From: Methanomassiliicoccaceae archaeon
GTDB taxonomy: Archaea; Thermoplasmatota; Thermoplasmata; Methanomassiliicoccales; Methanomassiliicoccaceae
Direction: 5' to 3'
Length of the DNA: 64,000 nucleotides
NCBI GenBank assembly: GCA_040776945.1
Contig: JAXGZN010000001.1
Coordinates: forward strand, 128,001 to 192,000
Of the stretch, positions 56,003-64,000 are shown in pieces (position 1 is the first letter of the stretch; every line of letters starts with the position of its first letter). A program made the position numbers and the translations under genes. The notes under the pieces were generated by a model. That model worked only from the letters and a program-made list of their open reading frames with translations, searched no databases and had not been told where the DNA came from.

Positions 56003-57159
56003 TGCTTCACCCCCAGATAATTAACGGTCTTGGCCGTGCCGGCCTCCAGTTCCCTGAACACGACCTTGAGGTCCTCGACCCCTACGTCCCGGCCTCCGAG
56101 GCCATACACATAGCTTACAGTGCGGGGGTGAACGCGGTTGTCGAACTCCGCGGAGCGTATGTCCGAGAACAGCGGACCGACGGCCCCGAAGCTCATTACC
56201 CGGTCCATCACCGCCACCGCCTTCTTCCCCTCTAGGGCCTTGGCGACCTCCTGGTATGGGAACGGCCGGAACAGCCGGATCTTAAGGCAGCCGACCTTAT
56301 GGCCTTCCTTGCGCAGCTCGTCGACGACGGCCTTCATCGTTCCGGCGGTAGAGCCCATGGCCACGGCCACATACTCGGCGTCATCGACCATGTATTTCTC
56401 TATGACATCATAGTTGCGTCCGGTCAGCTTCCCGTACTCAGCAGCGACCTCCTTGAACACCGGCAGGGCGTTCTTCATGGCCATAGCCTGCTGGTACTTG
56501 TGCTCGTAGTAGAAGTCCGGCATGTCGAAGGGGCCGTGGGAATGAGGGTTCTTCCAATCCAGAAGAGGCTTGGTGGGCTTGAACTCGCCCACGAACCTTT
56601 TCACCTGATCGTCCTCCATAGGGGTCAGGGACTCGATGGCATGGGTCACGATGAACCCATCCAGGCAGTTCATGACCGGCAGGCGAACATCGGGGTGTTC
56701 GGCCACCCGGAAGGACATGAGAGAGTTGTCGTATGCTTCCTGGACGTTCTCCGCGAACATCTGCACCCACCCGCTGTCCCTTGAGCCCATGGCATCGGAG
56801 TGGTCGCAATGGATGTTGATCGGCCCGGATAAGGCCCGGTTCGCCACTGTCATCACTATCGGTAATCGCATGGAAGCGGCTATGTACAGCATCTCCCACA
56901 TTAAGGCCAGACCAGCTGACGCGGTCGAAGTGACGGAACGCGCGCCTGCTGAGGATGCTCCGATGCAGATGCTCATGGAGCTGTGCTCCGATTCGCTGCA
57001 AACGAACTCGGTATCGACCTCTCCGTCGGCCACATAATCAGAGAACGCTTCCACGATGATGGTCTGTGGCGTTATTGGATAGGACGCGCACACGTCAGGG
57101 TTGACCTGTTTCCAGGAAAGGGCGACCGCCTGGTCCCCGTTGACCGCGATCCTCTTCAT
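55999..57159 (-). CDS. porA: pyruvate:ferredoxin oxidoreductase alpha subunit
   Basis: YPITPQT, ESEHS and NRALSGPINIH.DHSD motifs. Confidence 0.93.
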   Translation of the reverse strand: MKRIAVNGDQAVALSWKQVNPDVCASYPITPQTIIVEAFSDYVADGEVDTEFVCSESEHSSMSICIGASSAGARSVTSTASAGLALMWEMLYIAASMRLPIVMTVANRALSGPINIHCDHSDAMGSRDSGWVQMFAENVQEAYDNSLMSFRVAEHPDVRLPVMNCLDGFIVTHAIESLTPMEDDQVKRFVGEFKPTKPLLDWKNPHSHGPFDMPDFYYEHKYQQAMAMKNALPVFKEVAAEYGKLTGRNYDVIEKYMVDDAEYVAVAMGSTAGTMKAVVDELRKEGHKVGCLKIRLFRPFPYQEVAKALEGKKAVAVMDRVMSFGAVGPLFSDIRSAEFDNRVHPRTVSYVYGLGGRDVGVEDLKVVFRELEAGTAKTVNYLGVKQ

Positions 57160-57419
57160 TGCTCTCCCTCCTCGACCATCACTATCGCCTGTTTGGGGCA
57201 CTGGTTGGCACATATGCCGCAGCCCTTGCAATGGGTAAGCCTAAAACCCTTCATCTCTCCTCCTTCAACGAGGATGGAGTTGTCGGGACAGTACATCCAA
57301 CAGAACATGCAGTTGATGCACTTCTCCTTGTCCACCACCGGGCGCCTGGACCTCCAGGAGCCCGTCTTGTAGTTCTTGGCGGTACCTGGGTCCATGATCA
57401 CGGTGCTTTTAGAGGACAT
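57156..57419 (-). CDS. porD: pyruvate:ferredoxin oxidoreductase delta subunit
   Basis: KTGSWR..RP, CINCMFCWMYCP and CKGCGICANQCP motifs. Confidence 0.93.
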   Translation of the reverse strand: MSSKSTVIMDPGTAKNYKTGSWRSRRPVVDKEKCINCMFCWMYCPDNSILVEGGEMKGFRLTHCKGCGICANQCPKQAIVMVEEGEQ

Positions 57420-57979
57420 CAGTCCACCTCCTCGTACGCCCTTTGGACGCTAAGTATGTTCTTCTCCACGACCTTCTCCGGCAGCTTCCCGCTCATCTTG
57501 TTGCGGAGCTCCTTCTTTACGCTCTCCAAGTTCAGGACCCCGGAGACCTTGACCAGGGCGCCCAGCATCGCGGTGTTGGCCAGCGGCTTGCCGATGGTTT
57601 CCAGGGCGATCTTGCTTGCGTTCACCGCATGAACGTCCATGTCGGTGGCCAGCGCCCTTCGGAGGCTCTCCCTGCCGTCCGGGTAGTTGGCCACAAGCGC
57701 GCCTTCCTTCTTCATTCCCTCGAGCACGTTGATGTTGCCGATGAGGGTAGGGTCCAGCACGACGACGTAATCAGGGAAATATACTTGGCTGTGCACCTTG
57801 ATGGGCTCCTCGGATATTCGGGCGAAGGCCCTGATGGGAGCTCCCATCCTCTCCGGTCCGAACTCGGGAAAGGCCTTCATGTACTTGCCTTCCTCGAGCG
57901 CGGCCCCGGCCAGGATCTCGTTCGCGGTGACAACGCCTTGTCCGCCCCTGCCGTGCCATCTAATTTCCATGGTCCTCAA
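57419..57979 (-). CDS. porG: pyruvate:ferredoxin oxidoreductase gamma subunit
   Basis: EIRWHGRGGQG, FGPERMGAP and NTAMLGA motifs. Confidence 0.93.
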   Translation of the reverse strand: MRTMEIRWHGRGGQGVVTANEILAGAALEEGKYMKAFPEFGPERMGAPIRAFARISEEPIKVHSQVYFPDYVVVLDPTLIGNINVLEGMKKEGALVANYPDGRESLRRALATDMDVHAVNASKIALETIGKPLANTAMLGALVKVSGVLNLESVKKELRNKMSGKLPEKVVEKNILSVQRAYEEVD

Positions 57980-58042
57980 CTTAGTCCCTCGCTTGGCTCC
58001 GTGTAATCTTGAAAATATATAACCTTACCTAAAAACCCGTTT

Positions 58043-58057
58043 AATTTGAATCAAATT
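58043..58057. promoter_or_regulatory. palindrome in the por/ppsA divergent promoter region
   Basis: AATTTGA-A-TCAAATT, a perfect 7-1-7 inverted repeat. Confidence 0.4.
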
Positions 58058-58326
58058 TCTTCGATTAAGCATAAAAAGGAGATAGGTATTCGGAACTGAT
58101 TGAAGGATTTCGAAACCGGAAGCCGGGCCAGCGGGATCCCGCCGCACGGCAGATGTTACCCATGCGGTGGGGCTTGATGGCGGCAGCATGGCGCCGAGCC
58201 TGCGGACCGTTCGACCAGTGGTCTCTGGCACCGCCCGACGTTGAAACGGATAGATTAGATTTAAAACCATTGAGTTTATGTTGCCGTTGCTCCATCCAAT
58301 AGCAGGAGTCCGACCGGGGATCTACA

Positions 58327-60630
58327 ATGAAAAGGATCATGAGCATCAAGAACCTTGGAGTGAACGACATTCCGATCGCTGGAGGCAAGGCCGCGAACCT
58401 AGGAGAGCTCACCTCTGCAGGTTTCAACGTTCCGCCAGGTTTCGTTCTGACAACTGAGTCGTATGATTACTACCTCGAGCACAATAAACTGGCCGACGTG
58501 CTAAGGGATGCTCTGGCCGAGCTTGACGTATCCTCGGACGCTTCCCTTCAGGAAGTGTCCGGCAAGATCCGCAAGGCGTTCGAGGCAGGCGTGGTCCCCA
58601 AGGACCTTGAGACCGCCATCCTGGACGAGTACAAAAAGCTTGGCAAGGGCAAGTATCCATTGGTGGCGGTCCGTTCAAGCGCCACTGCCGAGGATCTGCC
58701 CACCGCGTCCTTTGCCGGGCAACAGGACACCTTCCTCAATGTCTCGGAACCAGAGTCGCTACTGCTCAGCGTCAAGAAGTGCTGGTCGTCGCTTTTCACT
58801 CCCAGGGCCATTGCTTATAGGGTCTCTAAGCACTTCGAACATGACAAGGTCAAGCTTGCGGTCGTGGTCCAACGCATGATCAATTCCGACATCTCGGGCA
58901 TAATGTTCACCATCGACCCCAATTCCGAGCTTCCGCACATAATCATCGAGGCCGGCTATGGGCTTGGTGAGGCGCTGGTGGGTGGAAAGGTCACCCCGGA
59001 CACTTATGTGGTGGATAAGTTCCACAGCAAGATACTGAACCGCCGCATATCCAACCAGACCTGGAAACTTGTCCGGGGGGAGAGCGGAGAGTGCATGAAG
59101 AAAGAGGTCCCTGACGGAGAGGCGAAGAAGCAGAAGATGGCCGACGAGAAGATCCTAGAGCTAGCGGATGTCGGGAACCAGATCGAGATGCACTACGGGA
59201 AGCCGATGGATATCGAGTGGGCTGTAGAGGACGGCAAGATGTACATCGTCCAGGCCAGGCCGGTAACCACACTGACCAATAATAACAATGCGAAAGAGAC
59301 AAAGAAGGAAGATAAGGTGGAGGCGGCCAAGAACATCCTGATCAAGGGACTTGGCGCCAGTCCCGGGAAGGCCTGTGGGCCTGTGCGGGTATACACCGAG
59401 GACATGAGCCTTGACGTGGTTAAGCAGGGCGACGTCCTCGTAACGCAGATGACCACTCCAGACATGGTCCCGGCCATGACCAGGGCGGCAGCCATAGTCA
59501 CAGATGAGGGTGGGATGACCTGTCACGCCGCCATTGTGGCCCGGGAACTCGGGATCCCATGCATCGTAGGCGCCGCAAACGCCACCAATGTGCTCAAGGA
59601 CGGCATGGGGGTGACCGTCCATGGCCAGATGGGCGTCGTATATGAGGGTCTGGAGAAGGAGGAGAAGCCAGCGGTCATGGCCGCCGCTTCAGCCACCGCG
59701 GTCGCCACCCCGGTCACTGCGACCAAGATAATGGTGAACGTTGGCGTTCCGCAGAAGGCCGAAGAGTACGCTCAACTGCCAGTACAGGGCGTCGGTCTGA
59801 TGCGCATCGAGTTCCTGTTCACCTCATATGTCCAGGAACATCCCTGCGCTCTCATCGAGCAGGGCCGGGAGGATGAGCTGATAGAGAAGCTGGCCCAAGG
59901 GATATCAATGGTGGCCAAAGCGTTCTACCCCCGTCCCGTCGTCCTCAGGACCAGTGATTTCAAGACAAATGAGTACCACGACATGAAGGGGGGCTCGAAG
60001 TATGAGCCAAAGGAGCAGAACCCCATGATCGGTTGGAGGGGGTGCTCCAGGTATGTTTCAGAGTCGTACCGCGCGGCGTTCCTGGCCGAGCTTAAGGCGG
60101 TCAAGAAAGCCCGCGATGAGATGGGCCTGAAGAACATCTGGGTCATGCTGCCGTTCGTCCGCACGGTGGACGAGGTGAAGCAGATCGAGAAGATGATGAA
60201 CGGGGTAGGCCTCTACCGCGGGAATGACTTCAAGCTCTATCTTATGGCCGAGGTCCCGGTGATAATATTCATGGCCGAGGAGTTCGCTGAGGTGTGCGAC
60301 GGGTTCTCCATAGGGTCGAACGACCTAACCCAGCTGACCATGGGCGCCGACCGTGACTCCGACATCCTGGGCCGTATGGGCTATTTTGACGAGCGGTACC
60401 CCGCGATCAAGCGCGCGATAGCTCATCTGATCAAGCATGCCCATATCAAAGGCGTGCCGGTCAGCATCTGCGGGCAGGCGCCATCGGTATATCCGGAGTT
60501 CTGCGAGTTCCTGGTGCGGGCCGGCATAGACTCCATATCGCTCAATGCAGACACGGTGGTGAAGACCATCAGCCATGTGGCCGCCGCCGAGCAAAGGATG
60601 ATCCTTGAGTCGATAAGGAAGCAGAAGTGA
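58327..60630 (+). CDS. ppsA: phosphoenolpyruvate synthase
   Basis: GGKAANLGEL, AVRSSATAED, GGMTCHAAIVARE and SIGSNDLTQ motifs. Confidence 0.96.
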   Translation: MKRIMSIKNLGVNDIPIAGGKAANLGELTSAGFNVPPGFVLTTESYDYYLEHNKLADVLRDALAELDVSSDASLQEVSGKIRKAFEAGVVPKDLETAILDEYKKLGKGKYPLVAVRSSATAEDLPTASFAGQQDTFLNVSEPESLLLSVKKCWSSLFTPRAIAYRVSKHFEHDKVKLAVVVQRMINSDISGIMFTIDPNSELPHIIIEAGYGLGEALVGGKVTPDTYVVDKFHSKILNRRISNQTWKLVRGESGECMKKEVPDGEAKKQKMADEKILELADVGNQIEMHYGKPMDIEWAVEDGKMYIVQARPVTTLTNNNNAKETKKEDKVEAAKNILIKGLGASPGKACGPVRVYTEDMSLDVVKQGDVLVTQMTTPDMVPAMTRAAAIVTDEGGMTCHAAIVARELGIPCIVGAANATNVLKDGMGVTVHGQMGVVYEGLEKEEKPAVMAAASATAVATPVTATKIMVNVGVPQKAEEYAQLPVQGVGLMRIEFLFTSYVQEHPCALIEQGREDELIEKLAQGISMVAKAFYPRPVVLRTSDFKTNEYHDMKGGSKYEPKEQNPMIGWRGCSRYVSESYRAAFLAELKAVKKARDEMGLKNIWVMLPFVRTVDEVKQIEKMMNGVGLYRGNDFKLYLMAEVPVIIFMAEEFAEVCDGFSIGSNDLTQLTMGADRDSDILGRMGYFDERYPAIKRAIAHLIKHAHIKGVPVSICGQAPSVYPEFCEFLVRAGIDSISLNADTVVKTISHVAAAEQRMILESIRKQK

Positions 60631-60640
60631 TCAAAGGGAG

Positions 60641-60672
60641 GCCGGCGGGTCTATTTTTTTTCACCCGCCGGC
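60641..60672. terminator. hairpin between convergent ppsA and CBS-ParB genes
   Basis: GCCGGCGGGT / ACCCGCCGGC 10-bp stem with a T-rich loop. Confidence 0.6.
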
Positions 60673-61466
60673 GATTCGTCCTTAAGAAGCCGCGTATAGA
60701 CCCGGACCAATGGATGATGGGAGCTTTGGATGATCTTAACGTCGTCCAGTGTGCGCACTCCCATCTCATCCGCGGTCCTCTCCATCCCTAGATCAATATC
60801 TCGGTCCGGCTCGAGGACGAAGGCCTGGAACTGGCGAACGCCCATGTCCCTGGCCGCCAGCACGCGGTGGTGGCCGTCCACCAGTACATAATGGCTGTTC
60901 TTCTGGATGACTATCAGCGGTTCTACCAGGCCGCGCTTTATCTCATATTGCCTTCCTCTCAGCTCGTCGGCGAAGACCTCATGCTGGGTGGGCCTTATCA
61001 TCTCGATGGGGATGACTCTCCTTTTTATCGCTATGGTAACGCCATGCTTCTTCTCAAGGAATGCCTTGAGCATATTGATCTTGTTCGGCGTCGCCTTCTC
61101 GATGTGCGAGCGGATGATGTCTATGTTGGACAGCATCCCGACGGCGAGGCCTTTCTCGTCCACGACCGGGACGTTCCTCAATCCATATCGGAAGAGCACC
61201 CTGGACGCGTCATCGATGTCCATGTCCGGCGACACAGTGATCGTTCCCATCTTGATGATGTCCTTGACCTTGTCCTGCGGTCGAACGATGGCCCTGAGCA
61301 GCTCCTTTGCGGTAACGAAGCCGATGATGCGGCCATTCTCGGCGACCGGGAGACCATGGAACTCGGTCTCGATCAGCTTCTTCCGTGCCTGCTCCACTGT
61401 GTAGTCCGGTGGGATCGAAACTACTTCCCGGACCATGTAATTGCTGACCTTCAGCTTCCCGTCCAT
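60651..61466 (-). CDS. CBS-pair + ParB/Srx-like domain protein
   Basis: Two CBS repeats (HGLPV, RNVPVVD), then IRPTQ and LVDGHHRVLAA. Confidence 0.88.
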   Translation of the reverse strand: MDGKLKVSNYMVREVVSIPPDYTVEQARKKLIETEFHGLPVAENGRIIGFVTAKELLRAIVRPQDKVKDIIKMGTITVSPDMDIDDASRVLFRYGLRNVPVVDEKGLAVGMLSNIDIIRSHIEKATPNKINMLKAFLEKKHGVTIAIKRRVIPIEMIRPTQHEVFADELRGRQYEIKRGLVEPLIVIQKNSHYVLVDGHHRVLAARDMGVRQFQAFVLEPDRDIDLGMERTADEMGVRTLDDVKIIQSSHHPLVRVYTRLLKDESPAGEKK

Positions 61467-61633
61467 GTGCTTCCGGGGGCCATATCCTGCGCCACCAACA
61501 TAAAGCTGATGCGCTGACCGTTCATCGTTGAAAGAACGCGCTCGCATCGAGCGGTTACCTCTGGAAAGAATCCCAGGAGGGGCGGCGCGTCACAAACGCA
61601 TATATAGGACCTACATATTTGGGTGAAAAGCAA

Positions 61634-61709
61634 GCCCTGGTAGTGTAGCGGCCTATCATGAAGCCCTGTCGAGGCTTCGACTCGGGTTCAAATCCCGACC
61701 AGGGCGCCA
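61634..61709 (+). tRNA. tRNA-Asp(GTC), CCA encoded
   Basis: GCCCTGG...AAGCC-CT-GTC-GA-GGCTT...GGTTCAAATCC...CCAGGGCGCCA. Confidence 0.96.
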
Positions 61710-61721
61710 ACCGCTCTTCTC

Positions 61722-62819
61722 TCACGCATATCTTATCATCTTCTCCACCATGGGCAGGGCCACCTCCTCCTGCTTGGTTATGACCCTGTTCACTTCGGCC
61801 GCTATCTTCTCGGAGGATGTTCCGGCCTCCGGGTCGTGGAGACCGGCGATCCCGTCAGCCCCCTTTGATTGCCCGCCCGTCAGCTCCGCGAACATAATGG
61901 CCCATGTTCTCCTGGTGGCGTCGATATCGTAGCCGCCTCCTCCTAAAACCAGGTACCTGCCGTCGCACAGCTCGTGCGCGAGCGCATGCGTGGCCTTGGA
62001 GATCTCAAGGAAGCCGGCGGTGGTGAGTCCCAGACCCACAAGGGGGTCTTTGTAATGCCCGTCTGCCCCGAACTGGTGGATTATGAACTGGGGCTGGTAC
62101 GCTCGCAGAGCAGGTAGCACTATGGTGCGGTAGGCCTGCAGATATAGATCGTCATCGGTCCCGGCGGGCAGGGGTAGGTTGATGCTGTAGCCTTCTCCCT
62201 CGTCCACCCCGCGCTCTTCCATCCCTCCGGTCCCTGGGAAGAAACCGCGGCCATAACGATGGAGGGAGATTGTCAGAACGCTCTCGCCATAGAACACATA
62301 TTGGGTGCCGTCGCCGTGATGGCCGTCGATGTCCACTATGGCTATGCGCTGGAGACCGTGCTCGCGTTGCAGGTACCGGGCCGCCACCGCGAGGTCGTTG
62401 AACACGCAGAAACCGGAGGCCTGCTCAGGATGAGCATGGTGCAGTCCGCCAGCAGGATTGAAGGCATGCTCGAACTCCCCTCTCATGATCCCTTCCGCTC
62501 CCCGGACGCTGCCTCCCACGGCCGCCAAGGCGCCGGTGAAAAGGCCTGGGTTCCCCGGCGTATCTCCCCGGTCCAGGAGCCCCCCGGCGATGCATTGGCG
62601 CTCGACGTCGGAGACGAAGCTCGGAGGGTGAACCCGGTTCAGTCGTTCCATGCTCACCGGGGAAGGTGCGACGACCATTGCTCGCTCGCTGTCGAGGATG
62701 CCGAGGGACAACAAGGTATCCATAGCCAGCCTCTCCCTCACTGGCTGGAAAGGATGGCTCGGCCCGAACTGATAGAGCATGAAGTCATCATGGTACAGGA
62801 ACGCCGAGATTCCGGTCAT
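61722..62819 (-). CDS. AcuC/HDAC-family deacetylase
   Basis: GGLHHA, GFCVFND, DIDGHHGDG, FFPGTG and GGGGY motifs. Confidence 0.92.
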   Translation of the reverse strand: MTGISAFLYHDDFMLYQFGPSHPFQPVRERLAMDTLLSLGILDSERAMVVAPSPVSMERLNRVHPPSFVSDVERQCIAGGLLDRGDTPGNPGLFTGALAAVGGSVRGAEGIMRGEFEHAFNPAGGLHHAHPEQASGFCVFNDLAVAARYLQREHGLQRIAIVDIDGHHGDGTQYVFYGESVLTISLHRYGRGFFPGTGGMEERGVDEGEGYSINLPLPAGTDDDLYLQAYRTIVLPALRAYQPQFIIHQFGADGHYKDPLVGLGLTTAGFLEISKATHALAHELCDGRYLVLGGGGYDIDATRRTWAIMFAELTGGQSKGADGIAGLHDPEAGTSSEKIAAEVNRVITKQEEVALPMVEKMIRYA

Positions 62820-62876
62820 AATGCTCGAACATTGCATGACAACAGGCATAAAGCTGTCCCAGGGATCGGGGGGATT

Positions 62877-63674
62877 TCACCGGTCCCGGCATTCCTTGCA
62901 AGAACGAATTATGGCCACGCTGTGCGCCCCTATGCGCTCGTCGTAGTAAACCGATGCCTCGATCCCGAAAACCATGCGCAGGTTCTCTGGAGTGAGAGCA
63001 TCTATCACGTCGCCTGCGGCTACTATCTTCCCCATCTGCATCAATATGAGCTTGTCACAATACCTGGCCGCCAGTGCGAGATCATGGGTGACGAAGATAA
63101 CGATCAGCCTCTCCGTCCTTGCCAATCTGGTGATCAGGTCCAGGATGTCCAGCTGATGATTGACGTCCAGATGCAGTGTTGGCTCGTCCAGGAGCAGGAC
63201 CTTAGGCTTCTGGGCCAGCGCCCGTGCGATGATGACCCTCTGCCTCTCTCCGCCGCTCAGCTGGTCCATCGTTCGGCTGGCCAGGTGGGCCGTGTTGGTC
63301 ATCTCCATCGCCTCCTGGACGATGTCCAGGTCCTTCCTGGACTCCGGTTCGAACCTCCTTATCTCGGGCGTGCGTCCCATAAGGACGATGTCCAGAGCGG
63401 TGAACGGGAAATTGACGTTGGCGCTTTGAGGCACCACTGCCATGCGAGCAGCGATCTCCCGGCGGGTCAGCTCTCGGTAGTCCCTTTCATCGATGAGCAC
63501 AGTGCCGGTCCTGGGCGACAAGGAGCGGTTCAGGCACTTGAGGAGAGTGGTCTTACCAGACCCATTGGGGCCGAGGATCCCGATGATCTCGCCGTCCTTG
63601 GCCTCCAGATCGACCTCGGAAACGACGTCCTTTGTCCCGTAACGATAGCACACTCCAGATGCTTTGAGCCTCAA
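62877..63674 (-). CDS. Fe-siderophore/cobalamin ABC transporter ATPase
   Basis: GPNGSGKTT, LSGGERQR and LDEPTLHLD motifs. Confidence 0.92.
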   Translation of the reverse strand: MRLKASGVCYRYGTKDVVSEVDLEAKDGEIIGILGPNGSGKTTLLKCLNRSLSPRTGTVLIDERDYRELTRREIAARMAVVPQSANVNFPFTALDIVLMGRTPEIRRFEPESRKDLDIVQEAMEMTNTAHLASRTMDQLSGGERQRVIIARALAQKPKVLLLDEPTLHLDVNHQLDILDLITRLARTERLIVIFVTHDLALAARYCDKLILMQMGKIVAAGDVIDALTPENLRMVFGIEASVYYDERIGAHSVAIIRSCKECRDR

Positions 63675-63675
63675 G

Positions 63676-64000
63676 CTACCACCCCATGGACTTCTTGCGG
63701 GACATCAGCAGATAGATGAAGAAGGGCGCTCCCAGCAGCGAGGTGATTATGCCTACCGGCAGCTCCGCCGGTGCGATGACCGTTCGGGCCAGCGTATCGG
63801 TCCATATGAGGAACAGCGCGCCGCTTACGACCGATGCGGGCAACAGTATGCGGTGGTCCGGGCCCACGAGTATCCGCACGACATGCGGTATTATCAGACC
63901 GACGAAGCCGATGACGCCTGATACGGAAACGGCCATCGCCGTGACCAGTGAGGCCGCCAGCAGTAGGACCAAACGGACCTGGTTGACGTTGATCCCCAGG
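63676..64000 (-). CDS. FecCD/BtuC-family permease (5' partial)
   Basis: GVIGFVGLIIPH, D.LART and ELPVGIIT.LLGAPFF motifs. Confidence 0.92.
   Translation of the reverse strand, partial: LGINVNQVRLVLLLAASLVTAMAVSVSGVIGFVGLIIPHVVRILVGPDHRILLPASVVSGALFLIWTDTLARTVIAPAELPVGIITSLLGAPFFIYLLMSRKKSMGW

Overview
This is a GC-rich, densely coding archaeal chromosome segment. Protein styles and gene order point to Thermoplasmatota, most likely Methanomassiliicoccales; this is an inference, since no methanogenesis marker gene lies in the window. The left part holds the distal ribosomal-protein/secY operon (rpl32e to cbf5), an XRE regulator pair with a triple operator, a beta-CASP nuclease, an IS21 remnant and a RadA-like/small-protein/PolB2 cassette. 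It continues with TctA and ABC transporters, purine salvage genes, a CDIN1(C15orf41)-like nuclease next to a membrane-inserted solo Cas4-like nuclease, glmS/glmU and a KaiC/GvpD-like ATPase pair. The middle holds anaerobic glpABC, tRNA-iMet, rnhB, mptA, a hybrid histidine kinase, gatCAB with a bacterial-type non-discriminating AspRS, AlaX and two glutamine synthetases. The right part holds a PstS-like surface protein, nac, hypC, porGDAB/ppsA, a CBS-ParB protein, tRNA-Asp, a deacetylase and a Fe/B12 ABC transporter. No CRISPR array or rRNA was seen. The best candidates for under-described systems are the 4-TM Cas4 plus CDIN1 nuclease pair, the PCNA-tethered PolB2 'mutasome', the KaiC pseudo-ATPase pair, and a Cys-substituted PstS domain inserted into an FN3 domain. 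All calls come from motif recognition by eye; no database search was run.
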